From Eledone cirrhosa (Eukaryota), in the NCBI GenBank assembly GCA_964016885.1, contig OZ024742.1, forward strand, positions 40,114,001 through 40,178,000: a stretch of 64,000 nt of DNA, written 5' to 3'. The position numbers and the translations under genes are program-made. Within the stretch, counting starts at the first letter, position 1, and each line of letters starts with the position of its first letter. The notes below the pieces were generated by a model, which was given only the letters and a program-made list of their open reading frames with translations, searched no databases and was not told the origin of the DNA. Below, piece after piece: positions 1-13,900 of the stretch.

Positions 1-204
1 GCATTAAAGAACACCTCAACACACGCATCCTCATTAAAAAAACACATTGACAAATGTAGAAACATCAACCAACATATTACCGTTACCCTTAAAGCCAGTG
101 ATAGAAATGTGGGCAACTTAAGAATTAAGGAAGTCTTGCTTATACGTCGACTTAACCAACAAATAAATAATAGATTAGAACTCAACACACAGTACTTGAC
201 ATAA
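1..204 (+). pseudogene. Penelope-like element GIY-YIG endonuclease C-terminal fragment (frameshifted, cut by window edge)
   Basis: Manual translation gives IKEHLNT in frame 3, then ASSLKKHIDKC...DRNVGNLRIKEVLLIRRLNQQINNRLELNTQYLT* in frame 1 (stop 202-204). This fits the PLE endonuclease pattern R..EH...S.L..H...L.IKE.L.I.....IN. Confidence 0.8.
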
Positions 205-540
205 AAAGACACACCCACAGGCACACAAACTAAACATCTCATACAAAGAAGAAAATTGATTTTGCGAAATACTATATTAGCAACTGACGTCATTAACATG
301 GAAAGCTAAGTAACCATCGAAAACGCTTGAAAACGACTTAGAAAATTTTTTAATCAAAATCAAAATTTTATCCCAAAGAGAGGAAATTGGAACGATATAC
401 ACTGAAGGTTCCTTAAACCCTGATGAAGGGACTTTTAGGTCCCGAAATATTGGATAGATAAACAACAGATAACAGCAACAAAACAAAACAAAGATTACCA
501 GGTAACCTTTACTTTTCATTACCACATCGTACAGTCCATA
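205..540 (+). mobile_element. PLE 3' UTR/pseudo-LTR ending at (TA)n
   Basis: Follows the endonuclease stop, contains a hammerhead core at 420-447 and ends at (TA)n 538-558. Confidence 0.65.
413..457 (+). ncRNA. Type I hammerhead ribozyme-like motif (degenerate stem I)
   Basis: CTGATGA (420-426), extra A, stem II GGGAC/GTCCC, GAAA (444-447), palindromic AATATT as stem III. Stem I has only CC/GG clearly paired. Confidence 0.55.
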
Positions 541-557
541 TATATATATATATATAT

Positions 558-680
558 AACCAGGGACTACATTCTCCAATGTAACCTTATTTATTTGAGG
601 CAGTAGTGTATAATTTGGCGAGAGATCTGGCTGCTTTTTCTAGCACATCTTGAGATCATACAGACTTCCGTGTTGGCTTG
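558..680 (+). mobile_element. Dispersed repeat fragment (GGACTACATT..CCAATG / GGCTGCTATTTCTAGCA family)
   Basis: Related copies are visible in this window at 1764-1830 (+), 51740-51815 (-) and 58375-58572 (+). Confidence 0.6.
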
Positions 681-1763
681 TTGAGTGAATGACAAGCTTA
701 TTATAATGCTGGCGAATGATGGCGCTAAGAGACCCGTTTGTGTCTTCAGCTGAATTATTATCTGTCAATGATTGATTGTATTATGTATGCTCTGCAAAAG
801 AGAAAATATGATTATATTCACATCAGCACAGAGAAATGAACACCTCCACGTGTCTTTAATACTAAACCAGGTTCAATGCCCAGAGTTACAATAAACAAAA
901 CAAAAATGAATAAAACAACAGATATAGACAATTAGCACCCACATTTGGAGAATAGAATACACACATGCACACACAAACACACACACATTCAAACACAAAC
1001 ACACACAAAAATACACGCACACACAAAACCCTTTTGATAGCAACACGCCTGAAATCTCCCTTGTTTTATGAAACAAAACTGTTCATTTTAAAATGGCCAT
1101 ACTTATATTAAAACCTTCCATCACAATTTAATTAAGAAATTTTTGTTAAGTAATGTTTCAAGCATCACCTTACCGATGAAAAAATTAGATATTTTACTAA
1201 ATACCTCAATTTTCTTTTATTATTTTCAAAATTAATTGAAACTTATTGTCAGCATATTTCATTACAAATATGCTAACAAAAGAGATAATATAGTAATTAT
1301 AATGTGAAAGAGTCAATTTATAATATAGTAATTATATGGTGGAAGAGTTATTTTAGATAACGGAACTCTCACAGCTTACATCAAACTAAAGAAACAAAAT
1401 TGGAAACAAAACCAACACCAAAATTCTTCCCTTACAGTATTTGTAATGAAACACACTGCCTATGATTATCAAATAATTTTCAAGATAATCAAGAATTTGA
1501 AAAAAATTTAGTAATATAGCAGGCTATTTCAATATTAAGTTGTTTGGATTATAGTTAACAAAGGTTCATACATAGAATTATAATGGACGTTTTTGTTTAG
1601 ATAAACATAAACACTTTAAAATAAACAAATTTGCATCGTAGAACCAGGAGCGTTTTCAGCTGGTTTGCTATCAAAAGGGGGTAACATCCTTTAAATTATA
1701 GTATATTAACACTTAAAACATGCATAGAAACAATCGTTTAGCTGGTCACCAATAATTCTGCAT

Positions 1764-1830
1764 TTCAGAAGGAAATTCGGCTGCTATTTCTAGCAGAGTG
1801 AACAACGATATAGAAGCTGCTTTGTTGGGT
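1764..1830 (+). mobile_element. Dispersed repeat fragment, same family as 558-680
   Basis: GGAAATTCGGCTGCTATTTCTAGCAG matches GAGATCTGGCTGCTTTTTCTAGCAC near 620-646. Confidence 0.5.
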
Positions 1831-1989
1831 TATCATGTATATATAGATATAGGTAGTCCAAGCCTTCAACTCTATGCACTGAAACCTTAGCTAAACATTC
1901 GTTCGTTACGCAGTGTTACTGATATATTCTGTTTATACTTACAGTGATCGTTAAGGACGTTCAGTCATAGGAAACGAGCGAATTATGCA

Positions 1990-4900
1990 TTGATCATGGA
2001 TGCAACAGAGATCATAAATCTGATTGAGCAGAGCCGTTCTGGGGTTAAATATAGCCAAGGTCATGGTTAGAACACCTTAGATCATAGATCATATTGATCA
2101 GAGCTAATCTGGGGTTAAATATGGCCACGGTCATGACACCTTAGATCATAGATTTGATTGATCAGAGCTGATCTGTGGTTAAATATCGCCATAGTCATAA
2201 ATGGAATACCTTAGATCATAGGAAATATTGATTAGGGGTTATCTGAGCTTAGATATAGCCATAGTCATGACTAAAACTCTAGATCATAGGTCATATTGAT
2301 CAGAGGTGATCTGAGGTTAAATATAATCATGGTCATGACGAAAACTCTAGATTATAGGTCATATTGATCAGAGCTGATCTGAGTTTAAATATAGTCATGG
2401 TCATAACTAGAACTCTAGATCATAGGTCATATTGATCAGAGCTGAGCTGAGGTTAAATATAGCCATGGTCATGACTAAAACTCTAGATTATAGGTCATAT
2501 TGATCAGAGCTGATTTGAGGTGAAATATAGTCATGGTCATAACTAGAACTCTAGATCATAGGTCATATTGATCAGAGCTGAGCTGAGGTTAAATATAGCC
2601 ATGGTCATGACTAAAATTCTAGATCATAGGTCATATTGATCAGAGCTGATCTGAGGTTAAATATAGTCATAGTCATGACTAAAACTCTAGATCATGGGTC
2701 ATATTGATCAGAGCTGATCTGAGGTTAAATATAGCCATGGTCATGACCAGAACTCTAGATCATAGGTCATACTGATCAGAGCTGATCTGAGGTTAAATAT
2801 AGCCATGGTCATGACTAAAACTCTAGATCATAGGTCATATTGATCAGAGCTGATCTGAGGTTAAATATAGCCATGGTCATGACTGGAACTCTAGATCATA
2901 GGTCATATTAATCAGAGCTGATCTGAGGTTAAATATAGACATGGCCATGACTAAAACTCTAGATCATAGGTCATATTGATCAGAGCTGATCTGAGGTTAA
3001 ATATAGCCATGGTCATGACTAAAACTCTAGATTATTGGTCATATTGATCAGAGCTGATCTGAGGTTAAATATAGTCATGGTCATGACCAGAACTCTAGAT
3101 CATAGGTCATATTGATCAGAGCTGATCTGAGGTTAAATATAGCCATGGTCATGACCATAACTCTAGATCATAGGTCATATTGATCAGAGCTGATCTGAGG
3201 TTAAATATAGCCATGGTCATGACCAGAACTCTAGATCATAGGTCATACTGATCAGAGCTGATCTGAGGTTAAATATAGCCATGGTCATGACTAAAACTCT
3301 AGATCATAGGTCATATTGATCAGAGCTGATCTGAGGTTAAATATAGCCATGATCATGACTAGAACTCTAGATCATAGGTTATATTGATCAGAGCTGATCT
3401 GAGGTTAAATATAGCCATGGTCATGACTAAAACTCTAGATTATAGGTCATATTGATCAGAGCTGATCTGAGGTTAAATATAGCCATGGTCATGACTAAAA
3501 CTCTAGATTATAGGTCATATTGATCAGAGCTGATCTGAGGTTAAATATAGTCATGGTCATGACCAGGACTCTGGATCATAGGTCATATTGATCAGAGCTG
3601 ATCTGAGGTTAAATATAGCCATGGTCATGACTAGAACTCTAGATAATAGGTCATACTGATCAGAGCTGATCTGAGGTTAAATATAGCCATGGTCATGACT
3701 AGAACCCTAGATCCTAGGTCATACTGATCTGAGCTGATCTGAGATTAAATATAGCCATGGTCATTACTAAAACTCTAGATCATAGCTCATATTGATCAGA
3801 GCTGATCTGAGGTTAAATATAGCCATGGTCATGACCAGAACTCTAGATCATAGGTCATACTGATCAGAGCTGATCTGAGGTTAAATATAGACATGGTCAT
3901 CACTAAAACTCTAGATCATAGGTCATACTGATCTGAGCTGATCTGAGGTTAAATATAGACATGGTCATCACTAAAACTCTAGATCATAGGTCATAATGAT
4001 CAAAGCTGATCTGAGGTTAAATATAGCCATGGCCATGACTAGAACTCTAGATCATAGGTCATACTGATCAGAGCTGATCTGAGGTTAAATATAGCCATGG
4101 TCATGACCAGAACTCTAGATCATAGGTCATCTTGATCAGAACTGATCTGAGGTTAAATATAGCCATGGTCATGACTAAAATTCTAGATCATAGGTTATAT
4201 TGATCAGAGCTGATCTGAGGTTAAATATAGTCATGGTCATGACTAAAACTCTAGATTATAGGTCATACTGATCAGAGCTGATCTGAGGTTAAATATAGCC
4301 ATGGTCGTGACTAAAACTCTAGATCATAGGTCATACTGATCAGAGCTTATCTGAGGTTAAATGTAGTCATGGTCATGACTAAAACTCTAGATCATAGGTC
4401 ATATTGATCAAAGCTGATCTGGGATTAAATATAGCCATGGTCATGACTAGAACGCTAGATTATAGGTCATATTGATCAGAGCTGATCTGAGGTTAAATAT
4501 AGCCATGGTCATGATTAAAACTCTAGATCATAGTTCATATTGATCAGAGCTGATCTGAGGTTAAATATAGCCATGGTCATGACTAGAACTCTAGATCATA
4601 GGTCATACTGATCTGAGGTTAAATATAGTCATGGTCATGACTAAAACTCTAGATCATAGGTCATATTTATCAGAGCTGATCTGGGGTTAAATATAGCCAT
4701 GGTCATGACCAGAACTGTAGATCATAGGTCATATTGATCAGAGCTGATCTGAGGTTAAATATAGCCATGGTCATGACTAAAATTCTAGATCATAGGTCAT
4801 ATTGATCAGAGCTGATCTGAGGTTAAATATAGTCATGGTCATGACTAAAACTCTAGATCATAGGTCATATTGATCAGAGCTGATCTGAGGTTAAATATAG

Positions 4901-7900
4901 CCATGGTCATGACTGGAACTCATGATCATAGGTCATACTGATCAGAGCTGATCTGAGGTTAAATATAGCCATGGTCATGACTAAAACTCTAGATCATAGG
5001 TCATATTGATCAGAGCTGATCTGAGGTTAAATATAGCCATGGTCATGACTGGAACTCTAGATCATAGGTCATATTAATCAGAGCGGATCTGAGGTTAAAT
5101 ATAGACATGGTCATGACTAAAACTCTAGATTATTGGTCATATTGATCAGAGCTGATCTGAGGTTAAATATAGTCATGGTCATGACCAGAACTCTAGATCA
5201 TAGGTCATATTGATCAGAGCTGATCTGAGCTTAAATATAACCATGGTCATGACTAGAACCCTAGATCATAGGTCATACTGATCAGAGCTGATCTGAGGTT
5301 AAATATAGCCATGGTCATGACTAAAACTCTAGATCATAGCTCATATTGATCAAAGCTGATCTGAGGTTAATTATAGCCATGGTCATGACCAGAACTCTAG
5401 ATTATAGGTCATATTGATCAGAGCTGATCTGAGGTTAAATATAATCATGGTCATGACCAGGACTCTAGATCATAGGTCATATTGATCAGAGCTGATCTGA
5501 GGTTAAATATAGCCATGGTCATGACTAGAACTCTAGATAATAGGTCATACTGATCAGAGCTGATCTGAGGTTAAATATAGCCATGGTCATGACTAGAACT
5601 CTAGATCATAGGTCATACTGATCTGAGCTGATATGAGGTTAAATATAGCCATGGTCATGACCAAAACTCTAGATCATAGGTCATATTAATCGGAGCTGAT
5701 CTGAGGTTAAATATAGCCATGGTCATGACCAGAACTCTAGATTATAGGTCATATTGATCAGAGCTGATCTGAGGTTAAATATAGTCATGGTCATGACCAG
5801 GACTCTAGATCATAGGTCATATTGATCAGAGCTGATCTGAGGTTAAATATAGCCATGGTCATGACTAGAACTCTAGATAATAGGTCATACTGATCAGAGC
5901 TGATCTGAGGTTAAATATAGCCATGGTCATGACTAGAACTCTAGATCATAGGTCATACTGATCTGAGCTGATATGAGGTTAAATATAGCCATGGTCATGA
6001 CTAAAACTCTAGATCATAGCTCATATTGATCAGAGCTGATCTGAGGTTAAATATAGCCATGGTCATGACCAGAACTCTAGATCATAGGTCATACTGATCA
6101 GAGCTGATCTGAGGTTAAATATAGACATGGTCATCACTAAAACTCTAGATCATAGGTCATACTGATCTGAGCTGATCTGAGGTTAAATATAGACATGGTC
6201 ATCACTAAAACTCTAGATCATAGGTCATAATGATCAAAGCTGATCTGAGGTTAAATATAGCCATGGCCATGACTAGAACTCTAGATCATAGGTCATACTG
6301 ATCAGAGCTGATCTGAGGTTAAATATAGCCATGGTCATGACCAGAACTCTAGATCATAGGTCATCTTGATCAGAACTGATCTGAGGTTAAATATAGCCAT
6401 GGTCATGACTAAAATTCTAGATCATAGGTTATATTGATCAGAGCTGATCTGAGGTTAAATATAGTCATGGTCATGACTAAAACTCTAGATTATAGGTCAT
6501 ACTGATCAGAGCTGATCTGAGGTTAAATATAGCCATGGTCGTGACTAAAACTCTAGATCATAGGTCATACTGATCAGAGCTTATCTGAGGTTAAATGTAG
6601 TCATGGTCATGACTAAAACTCTAGATCATAGGTCATATTGATCAAAGCTGATCTGGGATTAAATATAGCCATGGTCATGACTAGAACGCTAGATTATAGG
6701 TCATATTGATCAGAGCTGATCTGAGGTTAAATATAGCCATGGTCATGATTAAAACTCTAGATCATAGTTCATATTGATCAGAGCTGATCTGAGGTTAAAT
6801 ATAGCCATGGTCATGACTAGAACTCTAGATCATAGGTCATACTGATCTGAGGTTAAATATAGTCATGGTCATGACTAAAACTCTAGATCATAGGTCATAT
6901 TTATCAGAGCTGATCTGGGGTTAAATATAGCCATGGTCATGACCAGAACTGTAGATCATAGGTCATATTGATCAGAGCTGATCTGAGGTTAAATATAGCC
7001 ATGGTCATGACTAAAATTCTAGATCATAGGTCATATTGATCAGAGCTGATCTGAGGTTAAATATAGTCATGGTCATGACTAAAACTCTAGATCATAGGTC
7101 ATATTGATCAGAGCTGATCTGAGGTTAAATATAGCCATGGTCATGACTGGAACTCATGATCATAGGTCATACTGATCAGAGCTGATCTGAGGTTAAATAT
7201 AGCCATGGTCATGACTAAAACTCTAGATCATAGGTCATATTGATCAGAGCTGATCTGAGGTTAAATATAGCCATGGTCATGACTGGAACTCTAGATCATA
7301 GGTCATATTAATCAGAGCGGATCTGAGGTTAAATATAGACATGGTCATGACTAAAACTCTAGATTATTGGTCATATTGATCAGAGCTGATCTGAGGTTAA
7401 ATATAGTCATGGTCATGACCAGAACTCTAGATCATAGGTCATATTGATCAGAGCTGATCTGAGCTTAAATATAACCATGGTCATGACTAGAACCCTAGAT
7501 CATAGGTCATACTGATCAGAGCTGATCTGAGGTTAAATATAGCCATGGTCATGACTAAAACTCTAGATCATAGCTCATATTGATCAAAGCTGATCTGAGG
7601 TTAATTATAGCCATGGTCATGACCAGAACTCTAGATTATAGGTCATATTGATCAGAGCTGATCTGAGGTTAAATATAATCATGGTCATGACCAGGACTCT
7701 AGATCATAGGTCATATTGATCAGAGCTGATCTGAGGTTAAATATAGCCATGGTCATGACTAGAACTCTAGATAATAGGTCATACTGATCAGAGCTGATCT
7801 GAGGTTAAATATAGCCATGGTCATGACTAGAACTCTAGATCATAGGTCATACTGATCTGAGCTGATATGAGGTTAAATATAGCCATGGTCATGACCAAAA

Positions 7901-10900
7901 CTCTAGATCATAGGTCATATTAATCGGAGCTGATCTGAGGTTAAATATAGCCATGGTCATGACCAGAACTCTAGATTATAGGTCATATTGATCAGAGCTG
8001 ATCTGAGGTTAAATATAGTCATGGTCATGACCAGGACTCTAGATCATAGGTCATATTGATCAGAGCTGATCTGAGGTTAAATATAGCCATGGTCATGACT
8101 AGAACTCTAGATAATAGGTCATACTGATCAGAGCTGATCTGAGGTTAAATATAGCCATGGTCATGACTAGAACTCTAGATCATAGGTCATACTGATCTGA
8201 GCTGATATGAGGTTAAATATAGCCATGGTCATGACTAAAACTCTAGATCATAGGTCATATTGATCAGAGCTGATCTGAGGTTAAATATAGCCATGGTCTT
8301 GACCAGAACTCTAGATCATAGGTCATACTGATCAGAGCTGATCTGAGGATAAATATAGCCATGGTTATGACTAAAACTCTAGATCATAGGTCATATTGAT
8401 CAGCGCTGATCTGAGGTTAAATATAGCCATGGTCATGACCAGGAACTCTAGATCATAGGTCATTCTGATCAGAGCTGATCTGAGGTTAAATATAGCCATG
8501 GTCATGACTAAAACTCTAGATCATAGGTCATATTGATCAGAGCTGATCTGAGGTTAAATATAGCCATGGTCATGACTAAAACTCTAGATCATAGCTCATA
8601 TTGATCAGAGCTGATCTGAGGTTAAATATAGCCATGGTCATGACTAGAACTCTAGATAATAGGTCATACTGATCAGAGCTGATCTGAGGTTAAATATAGC
8701 CATGGTCATGACTAGAACTCTAGATCATAGGTCATACTGATCAGAGCTGATCTGAGGTTAAATATAGACATGGTCATCACTAAAACTCTAGATCATAGGT
8801 CATACTGATCTGAGCTGATCTGAGGTTAAATATAGACATGGTCATCACTAAAACTCTAGATCATAGGTCATAATGATCAAAGCTGATCTGAGGTTAAATA
8901 TAGCCATGGCCATGACTAGAACTCTAGATCATAGGTCATACTGATCAGAGCTGATCTGAGGTTAAATATAGCCATGGTCTTGACCAGAACTCTAGATCAT
9001 AGGTCATCTTGATCAGAACTGATCTGAGGTTAAATATAGCCATGGTCATGACTAAAATTCTAGATCATAGGTTATATTGATCAGAGCTGATCTGAGGTTA
9101 AATATAGTCATGGTCATGACTAAAACTCTAGATTATAGGTCATACTGATCAGAGCTGATCTGAGGTTAAATATAGCCATGGTCGTGACTAAAACTCTAGA
9201 TCATAGGTCATACTGATCAGAGCTTATCTGAGGTTAAATGTAGTCATGGTCATGACTAAAACTCTAGATCATAGGTCATATTGATCAAAGCTGATCTGGG
9301 ATTAAATATAGCCATGGTCATGACTAGAACGCTAGATTATAGGTCATATTGATCAAAGCTGATCTGAGGTTAAATATAGCCATGGTCATGATTAAAACTC
9401 TAGATCATAGTTCATATTGATCAGAGCTGATCTGAGGTTAAATATAGCCATGGTCATGACTAGAACTCTAGATCATAGGTCATACTGATCAGAGCTGATC
9501 TGAGGTTAAATATAGACATGGTCATGACTAGAACGCTAGATTATAGGTCATATTGATCAGAGCTGATCTGAGGTTAAATATAGTCATGGTCGTGACCAGG
9601 ACTCTGGATCATAGGTCATATTGATCAGAGCTGATCTGAGGTTAAATATAGCCATGGTCATGACTAGAACTCTAGATAATAGGTCATACTGATCAGAGCT
9701 GATCTGAGGTTAAATATAGCCATGGTCATTACTAAAACTCTAGATCATAGCTCATATTGATCAGAGCTGATCTGAGGTTAAATATAGTCATGGTCATGAC
9801 CAGAACTCTAGATCATAGGTCATAATGATCAAAGCTGATCTGAGGTTAAATATAGCCATGGCCATGACTAGAACTCTAGATCATAGGTCATACTGATCAG
9901 AGCTGATCTGAGGTTAAATATAGCCATGGTCATGACCAGAACTCTAGATCATAGGTCATCCTGATCAGAACTGATCTGAGGTTAAATATAGCCATGGTCA
10001 TGACTAAAATTCTAGATCATAGGTTATATTGATCAGAGCTGATCTGAGGTTAAATATAGTCATGGTCATGACTAAAACTCTAGATTATAGGTCATACTGA
10101 TCAGAGCTGATCTGAGGTTAAATATAGCCATTGTCATGACCAGGAACTCTAGATCCTTAGGTCATTCTGATCAGAGCTGATCTGAGGTTAAATATAGTCA
10201 TGGTCATGACCAGGACTCTAGATCATAGGTCATATTGATCAGAGCTGATCTGAGGTTAAATATAGCCATGGTCATGACTAGAACTCTAGATAATAGGTCA
10301 TACTGATCAGAGCTGATCTGAGGTTAAATATAGCCATGGTCATGACTGGAACTCTAGATCATAGGTCATATTAATCAGAGCGGATCTGAGGTTAAATATA
10401 GACATGGTCATGACTAAAACTCTAGATTATTGGTCATATTGATCAGAGCTGATCTGAGGTTAAATATAGTCATGGTCATGACCAGAACTCTAGATCATAG
10501 GTCATATTGATCAGAGCTGATCTGAGCTTAAATATAACCATGGTCATGACTAGAACCCTAGATCATAGGTCATACTGATCAGAGCTGATCTGAGGTTAAA
10601 TATAGCCATGGTCATGACTAAAACTCTAGATCATAGCTCATATTGATCAAAGCTGATCTGAGGTTAAATATAGCCATGGTCATGACCAGAACTCTAGATT
10701 ATAGGTCATATTGATCAGAGCTGATCTGAGGTTAAATATAATCATGGTCATGACCAGGACTCTAGATCATAGGTCATATTGATCAGAGCTGATCTGAGGT
10801 TAAATATAGCCATGGTCATGACTAGAACTCTAGATAATAGGTCATACTGATCAGAGCTGATCTGAGGTTAAATATAGCCATGGTCATGACTAGAACTCTA

Positions 10901-13900
10901 GATCATAGGTCATACTGATCTGAGCTGATATGAGGTTAAATATAGCCATGGTCATGACCAAAACTCTAGATCATAGGTCATATTAATCGGAGCTGATCTG
11001 AGGTTAAATATAGCCATGGTCATGACCAGAACTCTAGATTATAGGTCATATTGATCAGAGCTGATCTGAGGTTAAATATAGTCATGGTCATGACCAGGAC
11101 TCTAGATCATAGGTCATATTGATCAGAGCTGATCTGAGGTTAAATATAGCCATGGTCATGACTAGAACTCTAGATAATAGGTCATACTGATCAGAGCTGA
11201 TCTGAGGTTAAATATAGCCATGGTCATGACTAGAACTCTAGATCATAGGTCATACTGATCTGAGCTGATATGAGGTTAAATATAGCCATGGTCATGACTA
11301 AAACTCTAGATCATAGGTCATATTGATCAGAGCTGATCTGAGGTTAAATATAGCCATGGTCATGACCAGAACTCTAGATCATAGGTCATACTGATCAGAG
11401 CTGATCTGAGGATAAATATAGCCATGGTCATGACTAAAACTCTAGATCATAGGTCATATTGATCAGCGCTGATCTGAGGTTAAATATAGCCATGGTCATG
11501 ACCAGGAACTCTAGATCATAGGTCATTCTGATCAGAGCTGATCTGAGGTTAAATATAGCCATGGTCATGACTAAAACTCTAGATCATAGGTCATATTGAT
11601 CAGAGCTGATCTGAGGTTAAATATAGCCATGGTCATGACTAAAACTCTAGATCATAGCTCATATTGATCAGAGCTGATCTGAGGTTAAATATAGCCATGG
11701 TCATGACTAGAACTCTAGATAATAGGTCATACTGATCAGAGCTGATCTGAGGTTAAATATAGCCATGGTCATGACTAGAACTCTAGATCATAGGTCATAC
11801 TGATCAGAGCTGATCTGAGGTTAAATATAGACATGGTCATCACTAAAACTCTAGATCATAGGTCATACTGATCTGAGCTGATCTGAGGTTAAATATAGAC
11901 ATGGTCATCACTAAAACTCTAGATCATAGGTCATAATGATCAAAGCTGATCTGAGGTTAAATATAGCCATGGCCATGACAAGAACTCTAGATCATAGGTC
12001 ATACTGATCAGAGCTGATCTGAGGTTAAATATAGCCATGGTCATGACCAGAACTCTAGATCATAGGTCATCTTGATCAGAACTGATCTGAGGTTAAATAT
12101 AGCCATGGTCATGACTAAAATTCTAGATCATAGGTTATATTGATCAGAGCTGATCTGAGGTTAAATATAGTCATGGTCATGACTAAAACTCTAGATTATA
12201 GGTCATACTGATCAGAGCTGATCTGAGGTTAAATATAGCCATGGTCGTGACTAAAATTCTAGATCATAGGTCATACTCATCAGAGCTTATCTGAGGTTAA
12301 ATGTAGTCATGGTCATGACTAAAACTCTAGATCATAGGTCATATTGATCAAAGCTGATCTGGGATTAAATATAGCCATGGTCATGACTAGAACGCTAGAT
12401 TATAGGTCATATTGATCAGAGCTGATCTGAGGTTAAATATAGCCATGGTCATGATTAAAACTCTAGATCATAGTTCATATTGATCAGAGCTGATCTGAGG
12501 TTAAATATAGCCATGGTCATGACTAGAACTCTAGATCATAGGTCATACTGATCAGAGCTGATCTGAGGTTAAATATAGACATGGTCATGACTAGAACGCT
12601 AGATTATAGGTCATATTGATCAGAGCTGATCTGAGGTTAAATATAGTCATGGTCGTGACCAGGACTCTGGATCATAGGTCATATTGATCAGAGCTGATCT
12701 GAGGTTAAATATAGCCATGGTCATGACTAGAACTCTAGATAATAGGTCATACTGATCAGAGCTGATCTGAGGTTAAATATAGCCATGGTCATTACTAAAA
12801 CTCTAGATCATAGCTCATATTGATCAGAGCTGATCTGAGGTTAAATATAGTCATGGTCATGACCAGAACTCTAGATCATAGGTCATAATGATCAAAGCTG
12901 ATCTGAGGTTAAATATAGCCATGGCCATGACTAGAACTCTAGATCATAGGTCATACTGATCAGAGCTGATCTGAGGTTAAATATAGCCATGGTCATGACC
13001 AGAACTCTAGATCATAGGTCATCCTGATCAGAACTGATCTGAGGTTAAATATAGCCATGGTCATGACTAAAATTCTAGATCATAGGTTATATTGATCAGA
13101 GCTGATCTGAGGTTAAATATAGTCATGGTCATGACTAAAACTCTAGATTATAGGTCATACTGATCAGAGCTGATCTGAGGTTAAATATAGCCATTGTCAT
13201 GACCAGGAACTCTAGATCATAGGTCATTCTGATCAGAGCTGATCTGAGGTTAAATATAGTCATGGTCATGACCAGGACTCTAGATCATAGGTCATATTGA
13301 TCAGAGCTGATCTGAGGTTAAATATAGCCATGGTCATGACTAGAACTCTAGATAATAGGTCATACTGATCAGAGCTGATCTGAGGTTAAATATAGCCATG
13401 GTCATGACTAGAACTCTAGATCATAGGTCATACTGATCTGAGCTGATATGAGGTTAAATATAGCCATGCTCATGACTAACACTCTAGATCATAGGTCATA
13501 TTGATCAGAGCTGATCTGAGGTTAAATATAGCCATCGTCATGACCAGGAACTCTAGATCATAGGTCATTCTGATCAGAGCTGATCTGAGGTTAAATATAG
13601 CCATGGTCATGACTAAAACTCTAGATCATAGGTCATATTGATCAGAGCTGATCTGAGGTTAAATATAGCCATGGTCATGACTAAAACTCTAGATCATAGC
13701 TCATATTGATCAGAGCTGATCTGAGGTTAAATATAGCTATGGTCATGACTAGAACTCTAGATAATAGGTCATACTGATCAGAGCTGATCTGAGGTTAAAT
13801 ATAGCCATGGTCATGACTAGAACTCTAGATCATAGGTCATACTGATCAGAGCTGATCTGAGGTTAAATATAGCCATGGTCATGACTAAAACTCTAGATCA

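Noticed and set aside
680-810. Minus-strand splice acceptor (TTTTCTCTTTTGCAG) and possible exon
   Set aside because: All three frames stop within about 12 codons, and no supporting donor or homology was found.
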